DNA of 64,000 nt from Bdellovibrionales bacterium (GTDB lineage: Bacteria; Bdellovibrionota; Bdellovibrionia; Bdellovibrionales; JAGQZY01): positions 121,129 to 185,128 of the forward strand of contig CAXREJ010000053.1 in the NCBI GenBank assembly GCA_964229765.1, read 5' to 3'. The notes beneath the pieces are model-generated. The model was not told where the DNA came from. It made no database searches and saw only the letters and a list, made by a program, of their open reading frames with translations. Shown here piece by piece: positions 33,179 to 42,911 of the stretch; within the stretch, counting starts at the first letter, position 1; each line of letters opens with the position of its first letter. A program made the translations under genes and the position numbers.

Positions 33179-36100
33179 TGTAGAATCCCCTCTTTTTTAA
33201 GCTCAATTCCTATAGGTAAAATCAGTGAATTTGGAATTTCAAAACTACTGCGATCAATCCCTTTTGATTTAATAAGATGGCACTGCTCAAGGTACTGGGT
33301 TTCATTATCTACAACGGAATATGATAAGCCAAGAGTGTGACTCATTTTTTGAACACTGAGGCTATGGTTGCAATAAAGCTGATTTAAAATCTGTTTTTGT
33401 AGGAATGAAAAATCGTGAATCATAGGTAGACCACGATCAATGGATTTGCTCATAGAAAGTTGAATTGTTTTTCCATCAGAGCTTTTAAGACTTCGTAGCC
33501 ACAAATAAATTAAATGGCGTAGGTGCCCATGAGACCTTTCGTAAAGAACTCTAAAGAACATTTCATCTTCAGTGGAAAGTCCGGCCTTTAGAGCGAACTC
33601 ACTCATAAATGTTTTTGGAAACTCCACTTCAAGCCCACTCAATCGATGGCGAGTCAGAATCACTTCTTTAGCTACTTCTAAATTAATCTCGTTAAGATCA
33701 ATAATCTTACTAAATAAGCTGCGAATCTTAAAAGCACGGTTTAGGGATTCTAGGTTAAAGCGAGTTAAAGAAACGATCCAATGAGTGTTGTTTGGAGATT
33801 TGTTAATAACTTCAAAGAGAGCTTCAAATTGATCCAAATGATGTCGGTTAAGCATTTGGTCGACGTTGTCTATGATGATAGTAGCTGGTTTTCTTCTGAG
33901 AGTGGCAATAATGGAGGCAGCATTGTTTTTTGTATTTAACGATCGAGATAAAATTGCCAAAGGACCACGGTAATCATCACCTTCGATACGAATAAGTCTT
34001 TCCGTTTCAATATCCATCTGTGCGACATTGATAAGTGAGGACTTGCCAATTCCACGATCTCCGATAATTAATATTTTTTGACTTTCGCTGGATGTCGACT
34101 CAGGATTTGCAAAATCTTTAAAATGCTTTTCTCGCGCTTTATGGGCGACAAAAAATCTTCTATCTTGAATAGGGTCAAGGCTAAAAAGTCGAAAGTAAAG
34201 ACGTGGTAAATCGGGTATTTGAGTATTTAAATCGTAAGTAGAGGTAATAAACTCTCTCACAGTGGCAGTATCAAGAGTGTGGGAGCTGAGCTTCTTTTTA
34301 AGGGTCTTATCAATATCTCGATCACTTTGTTGAAGAGATAGTTTTTTAAGCTTATCGTAATAATTTTTAAATCTTAAGTTCACGGCATCTCTCACCTCTC
34401 TGAACTTAAGAACTGTGCTGTGAAGTCTTTGTCGGAATTGATTTTTAGCAGTATGAACAACAGAAAAACGTTCAATGCCTTGTCTGACTTCCATTTGACA
34501 CTCTTCTAGGAGTTTTTCAGTCGACTCGTTGGATGATTTTATATACTCCATTAAACCATTATAGAGTTCTTCAATCTTTTCTCTTTCCGTGGCGATGGAG
34601 TTCTGCAAGCTTTCGCTCATTTCTAAGGTTTCCGATGAGCCCTTTTCTCCGGCGATTTGGGTTTCTAAGCTATAATTAATAATTGAAAAAGCTTGCTCCA
34701 TTTCCATCAACAATGATTCTAAGTAATTTGAAACCCCCTCAATTCTTTCTTCAATAACAGGTAAAAAGTTAATAAGAATGCTTTGTTCAAATAGCTCATG
34801 TAAATTGATTTTTTTTACAACAATTTCAGAAGGAGATTGGACTTGGTGGGCCGCTGTGTTTTCAGAGGCAATTTGAAATGTTCCTTCTTCCTTAGGAAGA
34901 CTTTTCTTGAGGTTAATTGAAATGTCGCGATTGAGGAGCCTAAAACTACCTCTCACATATTTTGATTTTAAATCAGCCTGTAAGTTCTCTTCGGCAAATG
35001 CTTTTGTCTCAGTAAGGAGTTGTTCAAAAGTTTTAGTATCTCTCTCATCTGCCTGATTAATTTTTTCGTTAATTTTATCGAAATATTCAAAAACTTCTTT
35101 AACAAGAGTATCAGCATTTGATTTTGCAATTTCGACTTGTTGGAAAAACTTTTCTTCTAAAAGTTTCTCAACCGCATGGGATAATAGAGCCGATTGAACA
35201 ATGACCTTCAGTCGATTGCGACAATAGATAAACTTTTCGTCCCAATTGAGTGAGTCGCTCTTTGCTTTTTCAAACATTTCTGTGATTTCAGGCTCAACTT
35301 GAGAGTATCGAATGGAACTGTCAGAAAGATAAGGTGTATTGATTTGTTGTAAGTGCTTAACCCACTTGTTAGCACATCTTGAAAATTCTTTATTGAAATC
35401 ACTTTTAACTGTGCGTAGCCAAAAATCATTTTCTTTTTGAATCTTTGCCATAATCTCTTGATTTTCAAAATTTTGATTTTCAAGAGAACGTTGAAAGATT
35501 TCAATGTGGCGACCAAGCAAATGATACCATGAACTTATTAATTCTGTAGTAAAGGAGCCAATAAGTGGTTCTAAGTTATACTTGGCTATTTTACGAAGAG
35601 GAACATCTCTTTCTGGTTTTTTATTAAACCAAAAGAGAGGGCGACGTAAAATTTTCCTCATTTTGATCCAAAGAGAATCGCCTTTTTGTATATAAATTCC
35701 TGAGTTCGGGAAAGGTCGTTTTTGTAAAACCAGGATAGAATCAATTTCCTTTTGCAACTGACTCATGGAATTGTAAGTGTCTTTGCCTTTGGCCGACATT
35801 TTTTTGAAATGATCATCAATTTTAGCGACAATCTCTCGTTCAGAAAGACCTTCCATTTGACCGAGTTCTTGTACAAAAGCAGTGAGAATTCCTTTTTGTG
35901 GAAAGAGTTGATTTTTTCTAAATATTTCAAAGTAATTGTTAGAGATTTCTAGAAAATGTTTTTCCAGATAAGGGTCTTCAAAAGTTTCAGCTTTAGAGTG
36001 AAGCATAAGATTAAAATCGTCTTCGTAAGAAGATGAGGTTGGTAAATCTTGAGTCTCGCTGGACTCTAAATCACTTTTTTCCTCTTTTTGGGACATGCTG

Positions 36101-37389
36101 TCCTCCTCTTCGGTATTGTCGGCATCGGGCTCTTCACTTTTTAAAACCATACGTAAAAAGACAGGACCTACTAATAAATTGAGAGTGACGAGGCCAATTC
36201 CTATATTAGTAATCAGTTCTGCATGATCAGATAAGTCACGACTGGCGATTTGAATTAATCCTAATGTCACACCGGCTTGGGGCAGATATCCTAACCAAGC
36301 TTTATTTTTGATTCCAGGTGCTTCTCCGTGGAAGTTACCTGCAATCCATGAAGAGGCTAAGAATGAGAGGGCTCGGGCAGCAAATAAAATCCCAGCCACA
36401 GGTAGAAACTGCCATGTGGTTGTTAGGTTTAGACCGGCTCCAACATTCGTAAAGAACACAACGAAAACTGGGAGGGATACTTTTTCTAGAGCATCATGAA
36501 GAAAATGGGGGTCTTTTGAAAAGTTTCTGACAACTATCCCCGCCATAATAAAGACTAATAAAAGTTCAAGATGGATGGCTTCGCTAATTTCAGCCGTGCC
36601 AAGAATCATGGCCGCAATAAAAATAAACATTTCCTGGCGAATAAAACGAATATAGGCAATAAAAAGTCCACCAAGGATAATACCTGCAATAAGAGAGTAA
36701 CCGATTTCTTTCATTAGGCGCATGAAGCTTCCGCCCATGTCTCCCCCACCACTGGCTACCGAATTAGCAAAAGACAACGCGACTGCTAAAATGATAACGA
36801 CAACCACGTCTTTTACAATGGCTGAGCCTAGAACCATCTGACTCATACGGCTCTTGGCTTTCATCTCTGAAATAACAGCAATCGAAATAGAAGGTGAAGT
36901 TCCAAGTGCAAGTGCTGCAAACACGAGTGTAATTGAAATAAGAGGAAGCCCCATGGGCATTCCAAAATCATAAACAAACTCATTGCTGAGGAAAACGCCA
37001 CCAATAAAGGTCAGCGCGAGTAAGATAATTTTTATGGCTGTTGTTGATAAAATAGGGGCAATAACCTTTTTTAAAGAACTAAAATGAAGCTCTAACCCAG
37101 CGGTTATGGCGATCAGTCCAATGGCCAGAGTGTTAAACATTTCAATTTCTTTAACAACGTTGGTTGAAAGAATTTTGAGAGCAAAAGGACCAAGTAGAAG
37201 TCCTGTTAAAATATAGCCGGTGACTCTGGGAAGTTTTAGTGATGATCCTATTTCAGATAAAGTGTAGGCCGATAAAAGAACTAAACCAATAGCAAGTAGG
37301 ACGGAATTGTGTGAATCACTCAGTATTCCAAACTGTTTGAGAACAACACAGATAGAAAATAGAATAAATAGAATAAATATTTTTCTCAT
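33175..37389 (-). CDS. Giant fusion: CPA2/Kef-type cation:proton antiporter domain, long helical region, P-loop (AAA_16/ORC-like) ATPase, winged-helix-like tail
   Basis: 1404 aa. N-terminal ~415 aa are polytopic with LKLPRVTGYILTGLLLGPFALKIL. An acidic linker follows. Walker A is ILIIGDRGIGKSSL (around nt 34040-34080) and Walker B-like is ATIIIDNVDQ. The C-terminal segment LSVQKMSHTLGLSYSVVDNETQYLEQCHLIKSKG is wHTH-like. Confidence 0.7.
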   Translation of the reverse strand: MRKIFILFILFSICVVLKQFGILSDSHNSVLLAIGLVLLSAYTLSEIGSSLKLPRVTGYILTGLLLGPFALKILSTNVVKEIEMFNTLAIGLIAITAGLELHFSSLKKVIAPILSTTAIKIILLALTFIGGVFLSNEFVYDFGMPMGLPLISITLVFAALALGTSPSISIAVISEMKAKSRMSQMVLGSAIVKDVVVVIILAVALSFANSVASGGGDMGGSFMRLMKEIGYSLIAGIILGGLFIAYIRFIRQEMFIFIAAMILGTAEISEAIHLELLLVFIMAGIVVRNFSKDPHFLHDALEKVSLPVFVVFFTNVGAGLNLTTTWQFLPVAGILFAARALSFLASSWIAGNFHGEAPGIKNKAWLGYLPQAGVTLGLIQIASRDLSDHAELITNIGIGLVTLNLLVGPVFLRMVLKSEEPDADNTEEEDSMSQKEEKSDLESSETQDLPTSSSYEDDFNLMLHSKAETFEDPYLEKHFLEISNNYFEIFRKNQLFPQKGILTAFVQELGQMEGLSEREIVAKIDDHFKKMSAKGKDTYNSMSQLQKEIDSILVLQKRPFPNSGIYIQKGDSLWIKMRKILRRPLFWFNKKPERDVPLRKIAKYNLEPLIGSFTTELISSWYHLLGRHIEIFQRSLENQNFENQEIMAKIQKENDFWLRTVKSDFNKEFSRCANKWVKHLQQINTPYLSDSSIRYSQVEPEITEMFEKAKSDSLNWDEKFIYCRNRLKVIVQSALLSHAVEKLLEEKFFQQVEIAKSNADTLVKEVFEYFDKINEKINQADERDTKTFEQLLTETKAFAEENLQADLKSKYVRGSFRLLNRDISINLKKSLPKEEGTFQIASENTAAHQVQSPSEIVVKKINLHELFEQSILINFLPVIEERIEGVSNYLESLLMEMEQAFSIINYSLETQIAGEKGSSETLEMSESLQNSIATEREKIEELYNGLMEYIKSSNESTEKLLEECQMEVRQGIERFSVVHTAKNQFRQRLHSTVLKFREVRDAVNLRFKNYYDKLKKLSLQQSDRDIDKTLKKKLSSHTLDTATVREFITSTYDLNTQIPDLPRLYFRLFSLDPIQDRRFFVAHKAREKHFKDFANPESTSSESQKILIIGDRGIGKSSLINVAQMDIETERLIRIEGDDYRGPLAILSRSLNTKNNAASIIATLRRKPATIIIDNVDQMLNRHHLDQFEALFEVINKSPNNTHWIVSLTRFNLESLNRAFKIRSLFSKIIDLNEINLEVAKEVILTRHRLSGLEVEFPKTFMSEFALKAGLSTEDEMFFRVLYERSHGHLRHLIYLWLRSLKSSDGKTIQLSMSKSIDRGLPMIHDFSFLQKQILNQLYCNHSLSVQKMSHTLGLSYSVVDNETQYLEQCHLIKSKGIDRSSFEIPNSLILPIGIELKKEGILQ

Positions 37390-38850
37390 TTATCCCTTTC
37401 TCCAGAAGGATGGGGTGAAAAGAGTTAAAAGAGCGAAAATTTCCAGACGCCCAGCAATCATATAGAAGCAAAGAACATATTTACCAAGAGGATGGATGAA
37501 TTCGTAATTTTGAGTGGGCCCAACAGACCCGAAGCCAGGGCCGACACTGGAAAGACAAGCAACAACACTGCTGGCAGCCCCGACCCAGTCCATCCCTAGT
37601 GCAAACATGATAAATACACCAAAGATATAAAGAAAAAAGTAGGTGCAGAAGAAAATAAAAACAGAAGCTAAGACACGTCTTGATATTGTTTGGTTTCCTA
37701 ACTTTGTACTTACAACCTCTTGAGGATGCAAAGTGAGACGAAGCTCTTGAATACATCTCTTGAAAACAATTAAGACTCGTGACACTTTTAAACCGCCGGC
37801 TGTCGATCCTGCACAGCCTCCAATAAACATACATAAAAAAAGTAAGTATTTACTGACGAGAGGATAGATGTCGAAGTCAGCAGTCATTAAGCCCGTGGTT
37901 GTGGTCACAGCCACGGTTTGGAAGAGAGCGTCTCGAAACTCTTCATGCCAGTAATAGGCATCAAATTTTGTGGTGGCAAAAAAGATGACAACGGCAACGG
38001 CTAAATTGAGTCCAATAAAAAACCTCACCTCAGTACTAGTAAAGAGTCGATCCACCTGTCCGCGGAATAGACCATAATAAAGCCCGAAGTTGATTCCACC
38101 AATCAGCATAAAAATAATAACAACCCATTCAGCAAAGGGGTTTTCAAAGGCACCAAGACTTGCTGCTTTTGTAGAGAAACCACCGGTAGACAGAGTTGAA
38201 AACGCATGGCAAACGGCATCGAAAACACTCATGCCAGCCAATATGAGTAGACCAGTACAGGTAGCGGTGAAGAACATATAAACCCACCACAAACGCAATG
38301 CGGTTTGTTTGATTCTTGGCTTCAATCCTTCAGTGATGGGGCCTGCGACTTCTGTTTTGAAAAGATGTTTTCCTCCCAAGCCCAGTTGCGGAAAAATCGC
38401 TACAAAGAGTACAACAATTCCCATTCCACCAATCCAATGAAGTAGCACTCTCCACAGATGTGTGGCTCTAGAGAGCCCCTCAATATCACTGATAACAGTG
38501 GCGCCAGTGGTGGTTAAACCAGATATGGCTTCAAATGTGGATGAGCTAATGGATGAAATACTTCCTTCTATAAAAAAAGGCAGACCAGCCACCACTCCCG
38601 ACCCCATCCATCCAATGGCAACAATTCCAAAAGCCTCTTTGCGAGAGACCATACGAATATCAACCTTAAAGCGATAACTTAAGTATCTTAATAAAAGTCC
38701 CATCCCCATGGAAACTCCACTGGCGACAGAGTAGGCAAAAAGTGAGGCTTGTGAACTATCAACATAGGCCAAGGCGAGAGGAGCCATCATAAAGAAAGCC
38801 AGCACAATAAAAAGTTGTCCTACATAATAGGAGACAATTGTTTTATGCAA
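37390..38850 (-). CDS. trkH: TrkH-type potassium uptake membrane subunit
   Basis: 486 aa. Repeated pore-loop motifs (SGLTTTGATV, LSTGGFS, TTTGLMT, CAGSTAGGLKVSR) are typical of TrkH/KtrB. The stop is immediately followed by the ATG of the giant gene (TAAATG). Confidence 0.85.
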   Translation of the reverse strand: MHKTIVSYYVGQLFIVLAFFMMAPLALAYVDSSQASLFAYSVASGVSMGMGLLLRYLSYRFKVDIRMVSRKEAFGIVAIGWMGSGVVAGLPFFIEGSISSISSSTFEAISGLTTTGATVISDIEGLSRATHLWRVLLHWIGGMGIVVLFVAIFPQLGLGGKHLFKTEVAGPITEGLKPRIKQTALRLWWVYMFFTATCTGLLILAGMSVFDAVCHAFSTLSTGGFSTKAASLGAFENPFAEWVVIIFMLIGGINFGLYYGLFRGQVDRLFTSTEVRFFIGLNLAVAVVIFFATTKFDAYYWHEEFRDALFQTVAVTTTTGLMTADFDIYPLVSKYLLFLCMFIGGCAGSTAGGLKVSRVLIVFKRCIQELRLTLHPQEVVSTKLGNQTISRRVLASVFIFFCTYFFLYIFGVFIMFALGMDWVGAASSVVACLSSVGPGFGSVGPTQNYEFIHPLGKYVLCFYMIAGRLEIFALLTLFTPSFWRKG

Positions 38851-38857
38851 TAATAAC

Positions 38858-40195
38858 CTACTTCAGTTTTCGGAACATATACTCTAGTCCCTTGAGTTCA
38901 CTTCTTTTTAACACAATAATAATGATATCTCCCCCATAAACGTCGGAATCACCATCGCTAAAAGAGAATTCTTCGCTGCGTGATATACCGACAAGATAGC
39001 ATCCAGGAGGAATAGGGAGATCTCGTATTTTCAAAGTACTGTTTTTAATATTTTGAGGAACCTGAAATTCTCCCACTAAGTAATCGGTCTCTGGGATAGC
39101 CGCATCGGTGAGTAAGGTTTGATTCGGAAAATATTTATTCACCGCTTGAGAAATAAGCTCATGGGCACTGGCCGTTCCTTTGACTCCAAGATGTTCGTAA
39201 ACATGAGCGTAACCAGGACGGTGCACAAGAGTATAGGAGTGTTTCACTCCAATTTCTTGACTGACGAGTGAAGACATAAGGTTCACCTCATCAGCGCGAG
39301 TAACGGCCAATGTATAGTCGGCCATTTCCACATGCTCATCTTGTAGTAATGGTAAACTTGTTCCATCCCCATGAACAATGGTGGCGTGATCTAGTTTGTC
39401 GGCAAGAAACTCACATCGTCTGCGATCAACATCAATAAGGGTGAGTCGGTTTTCCACTTCTTGTAAAGACTTAGCCAGCTGATATCCCACGTCACCACCA
39501 CCGATAATCACGGCTTTTTTTCCAGGGATTTGCACAAGTCTTCTCATAGCGATGGGAAGTTTTTCAAGTTTTGAAGCTAGAAGAATTTTATCACCATTGT
39601 AGAGATGGGAGAGGTCGGCACATCGTCTTAATTCTCCATCTCGGAAAACACCAATGACTTTGGCACTTTTTCCAAGTTCAACATCGGAACCTGATTTTTC
39701 TAAATAACGACAGTTTTCAGTAACCTCAACAAGGGCCACTGAAATTGAATTGGAAGAGAAGTTTTCGACAAAGGGCATGTCGATTTTGCGGACAAGCCTC
39801 AGTAGTTCAGCACTGACAAGGCGAGCGGCACAAACGATAGCAAAACTTCCAAGGACTCCCCGCTCAATTCCTCCTGAAGTCATAATAAACTCAGGAGCAT
39901 CCACTCGAGCAACCGTCCGTTTAGCACCAAGAGAGTTAGCGAGTGATGTAATAACAAGGTTGGTGTCATCATGACTAGTTACGCCAACAACAAGATCCGC
40001 AGAACTAACACCCACCTCTTGTAAAGTTTTACGAAAAGTTCCGTTACCCCTTAAGGTCATAACATCTGTTTTCTCTTCCACTCTTTCAAGAGCTCGCTCG
40101 TTGGTATCTATAATGATGACATCTTCTGATCTTTGGGAAAGCTCTTTAGCAAGAAAGCTACCCACATCTCCTGCTCCGACTATGACAATTTTCAC
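38858..40195 (-). CDS. trkA: TrkA, tandem RCK/KTN NAD-binding regulatory subunit
   Basis: 445 aa with two Rossmann GxGxxG motifs (MKIVIVGAGDVGSFLA; AVIIGGGDVGYQLA), each followed by a TrkA-C-like segment. Confidence 0.85.
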   Translation of the reverse strand: MKIVIVGAGDVGSFLAKELSQRSEDVIIIDTNERALERVEEKTDVMTLRGNGTFRKTLQEVGVSSADLVVGVTSHDDTNLVITSLANSLGAKRTVARVDAPEFIMTSGGIERGVLGSFAIVCAARLVSAELLRLVRKIDMPFVENFSSNSISVALVEVTENCRYLEKSGSDVELGKSAKVIGVFRDGELRRCADLSHLYNGDKILLASKLEKLPIAMRRLVQIPGKKAVIIGGGDVGYQLAKSLQEVENRLTLIDVDRRRCEFLADKLDHATIVHGDGTSLPLLQDEHVEMADYTLAVTRADEVNLMSSLVSQEIGVKHSYTLVHRPGYAHVYEHLGVKGTASAHELISQAVNKYFPNQTLLTDAAIPETDYLVGEFQVPQNIKNSTLKIRDLPIPPGCYLVGISRSEEFSFSDGDSDVYGGDIIIIVLKRSELKGLEYMFRKLK

Positions 40196-41481
40196 TCGTC
40201 CCCCTCTTCAATGGGTTTCACTTCAATAACCTGCTCATTGTCTAAAATAACTTTTTTAAGTACAGAATTGGCTACGACATCGTTGAAGAAAATGCTACCA
40301 AGAATTGTGGTTAAAAATAACTGGGAAAGCTCTGGAAACTCTTTTGAAAGACTCAAAGCAATCGCCACAGCAATAAGATCTTGACCTAATAAGCCCTGAC
40401 CCAGTCTTGATAGCTTTCTTTTGGTAATAAGAGTGTAAATCCTATGAACGAATCCTGTTAACAAAATCGCACGCACCACAAAATAAGTGGCTGGCAAGAG
40501 CCAACTTTGATTGATCTCGGGTCTCCAAGTGGCGCCGCCAAAGACAAGGAGTAAAACGAAAATAGGCTCTTCAATTCGTATGAGATTCTCTTTTAATACC
40601 GCAGCGTAGGTTGAAAATAAACCGATGGTGAGCCCTGTGATAAAGCATACAAACATGGAAGAGACGCTTAAGAGTGTTCCAAGGCCTGCTGCAAAAATAA
40701 TGGCACCAAGAGCAGCGAGCATAATGCGATTTTCATCGGACTGTTTACCAATAAAAAGTGAAAAGAGTAAGCCACAAAGAAGTCCTGAAGTGATCGTGGC
40801 TAACAACCACTCTGGAATGGAAATGTGAAGAGAAGTGGCCGTGGTATCACCACTGGCCATTGCCAATACAATTCCCAATAAAGTGACGGCGACGACTTGC
40901 CCAGTGGGAGCCAAAATACTGAGGACTCTCGTTATTTCTGAGCGTGTTTTGTGAAATTTAGAAATCATTCCCAAACTTAATAGTGAGGCTGAACAGGCCG
41001 TGGCACTCACTCCTAAGGCAAACCAAAACTGTCTTCTATTAATTTCTTGGATCATCCCAAGTATTTTAAAACGAGAGGCATTTTCTTCTGAAAAGAAATT
41101 CAATGTCCCAAGGTCAAAACCAATATTTTCAAACTCTACAGCCAAAGGAGCTAGAAAATAAAAGGTTATGGTCATAGCAACGAAAACCAGAAGTCCGCTA
41201 ATAATTCCACTAAAAAAGGTTTTTTTATTTTGCATTAGAAATTTAACTCTCACTCCGAGAAGAAATCCCGCAAAGCCAGTTAATAAATCAATGAGTGGGT
41301 CCATTCTGTAAAGAAGCTCCTCAGAGAGAATTCCAAAACCCATATAGGAACCGAGAAGTAAACCAATGATTAAATAAATCACACCAGAGAATACAAAGTG
41401 TGGAGTCTCAAAGCGTCGGAGAAACCGACCAATGAGGAAACTGAATACGAGCAGAACAGTTAAAATAGTGGTGCTTGTCAT
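40192..41481 (-). CDS. CPA-type cation:proton antiporter-like membrane protein (no soluble domain)
   Basis: 429 aa with about 12 TM helices. N-terminal pattern RRFETPHFVFSGVIYLIIGLLLGSYMGFGIL ... LLTGFAGFLLGVRVKF resembles Na+/H+-exchanger-family proteins. 4-nt overlap with trkA. Confidence 0.55.
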   Translation of the reverse strand: MTSTTILTVLLVFSFLIGRFLRRFETPHFVFSGVIYLIIGLLLGSYMGFGILSEELLYRMDPLIDLLTGFAGFLLGVRVKFLMQNKKTFFSGIISGLLVFVAMTITFYFLAPLAVEFENIGFDLGTLNFFSEENASRFKILGMIQEINRRQFWFALGVSATACSASLLSLGMISKFHKTRSEITRVLSILAPTGQVVAVTLLGIVLAMASGDTTATSLHISIPEWLLATITSGLLCGLLFSLFIGKQSDENRIMLAALGAIIFAAGLGTLLSVSSMFVCFITGLTIGLFSTYAAVLKENLIRIEEPIFVLLLVFGGATWRPEINQSWLLPATYFVVRAILLTGFVHRIYTLITKRKLSRLGQGLLGQDLIAVAIALSLSKEFPELSQLFLTTILGSIFFNDVVANSVLKKVILDNEQVIEVKPIEEGDE

Positions 41482-41514
41482 GGTGCGTCCTTATCCATAG
41501 TTTACTCTTTATAC

Positions 41515-41886
41515 TTGAGTCAAGCAAAGCTGTCCCCTACTTTTGATCCTGGTATGGCGATTAAAGAAACTCTCCAATGGTCCATTGTAAAAAAATACGC
41601 TCGTAGAGCGGGCAAGGAAGTATTGGCTATCGCAGAGGCAGCCTATATTACACTCAACGACCCTGATGTCTCTTGGCGCCATAAAAGTGTTATCTTGGGT
41701 GCTCTTGTTTATTTGATCACACCCATTGATGCTCTTCCCGACTTTCTTCCAGGAGGCTACGCCGATGATCTTTCTGTGATGCTGACGGCGATATTAGCTA
41801 CAGGTCATGCTGGTAAAAAACATTTGAAAAACTGCCGATTAAAACATGGGCTCAAAGAGCCTGATGATAATAAGGAAAAAACGTGA
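41515..41886 (+). CDS. DUF1232 (YkvA-like) membrane protein
   Basis: Motif LVYLITPIDALPDFLPGGYADDLSVM is the DUF1232 signature. TTG start; the internal ATG (MAIKE) is an alternative. Confidence 0.65.
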   Translation: MSQAKLSPTFDPGMAIKETLQWSIVKKYARRAGKEVLAIAEAAYITLNDPDVSWRHKSVILGALVYLITPIDALPDFLPGGYADDLSVMLTAILATGHAGKKHLKNCRLKHGLKEPDDNKEKT

Positions 41887-42854
41887 ATCTTTTGAAACGA
41901 CCCAGACGTAATCGTAAAAATGCAACCTTTAGACATTGGAGAAAAGAGACCTCTTTAACAAGAGAAGACTTTGTGTTCCCTGTTTTCGTAGTTGATGGAC
42001 AAAAACAAAAACAAGAGATCTCGGCTATGCCAGGTCAGTTTCGATACTCTATAGATGAGCTTTTGCCTGTTTGTGAAAAGGCTTTAAATAAAGGTGTAAA
42101 AGCCTTAGCCCTGTTCCCAGCCATCGAAGATTCCTTAAAAGACTCACAAGCCTCAGAAGCTCTCAATCCAGAAAACCTTCTTTGTCGCACCCTCAAAACA
42201 ATCAAAAAAGAATTTCCTGAACTCATTCTTATTTCTGATGTGGCACTTGATCCTTATTCCAGTGATGGTCATGATGGATTAGTCAAAAATGGAGAAATTC
42301 TCAATGATGAAACTCTTGAGATTTTAGAGAAGATGGCTTGTTTGCAGGCTATGAATGGAGCTGATGTTGTGGCCCCTTCTGATATGATGGATGGAAGAGT
42401 CTTAAAAATAAGACAAGGTTTGGATAATCTAGGTCTTCAGAACACCTCTATTATTTCTTATTGTGCAAAATATGCTTCGGCTTTTTACGGCCCCTTTAGA
42501 GAGGCCCTCGACTCCGCTCCGAGAGGGGGAGATAAGAAGACTTACCAGATGGACCCTGGGAGTAAAAGAGAAGCTTTGATTGAAGCTGAGCTTGATGAGG
42601 ACGAAGGAGCTGACATTTTAATGGTTAAACCTGCACTGGCTTATTTGGATATCATTAACGATTTAAGACAACACTCTCATCTGCCCATTGCTGCCTATAA
42701 TGTCAGTGGAGAGTACGCTATGATTAAGGCGGCTTCAGAAAAAGGTTGGATTGATGAGAAAAAAGCCATTGGTGAGATGTTATTAAGCATTAAAAGATCT
42801 GGTGCTGACCTTATTTTTACTTACTTTGCGTTAGATGATTTTACAATAGAGTGA
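41883..42854 (+). CDS. hemB: Porphobilinogen synthase (delta-aminolevulinate dehydratase)
   Basis: 323 aa. Motifs RPRRNRKN, LIFPVFV-type segment, SDVALDPYSSDGHDG, MVKPALAYLDII and YNVSGEYAM. GTGA overlap with the upstream gene. Confidence 0.93.
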   Translation: MNLLKRPRRNRKNATFRHWRKETSLTREDFVFPVFVVDGQKQKQEISAMPGQFRYSIDELLPVCEKALNKGVKALALFPAIEDSLKDSQASEALNPENLLCRTLKTIKKEFPELILISDVALDPYSSDGHDGLVKNGEILNDETLEILEKMACLQAMNGADVVAPSDMMDGRVLKIRQGLDNLGLQNTSIISYCAKYASAFYGPFREALDSAPRGGDKKTYQMDPGSKREALIEAELDEDEGADILMVKPALAYLDIINDLRQHSHLPIAAYNVSGEYAMIKAASEKGWIDEKKAIGEMLLSIKRSGADLIFTYFALDDFTIE

Positions 42855-42887
42855 TTTGGTTTTTTAATAATATATTATGTAACATTA

Positions 42888-42907
42888 AGAGGGAAAGTTC
42901 TCCCTCT
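42888..42907. terminator. Hairpin AGAGGGA-aagttc-TCCCTCT between convergent genes
   Basis: 7-bp GC-containing stem read from the sequence. No clear T-run. Confidence 0.35.
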
Positions 42908-42911
42908 AATA

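Noticed and set aside
37481-37834. 117-aa minus-strand ORF inside trkH in another frame, plus plus-strand ORFs at 38090-38281 and 38462-38677
   Set aside because: The trkH frame carries the four conserved pore-loop motifs. The overlapping ORFs have no independent support.
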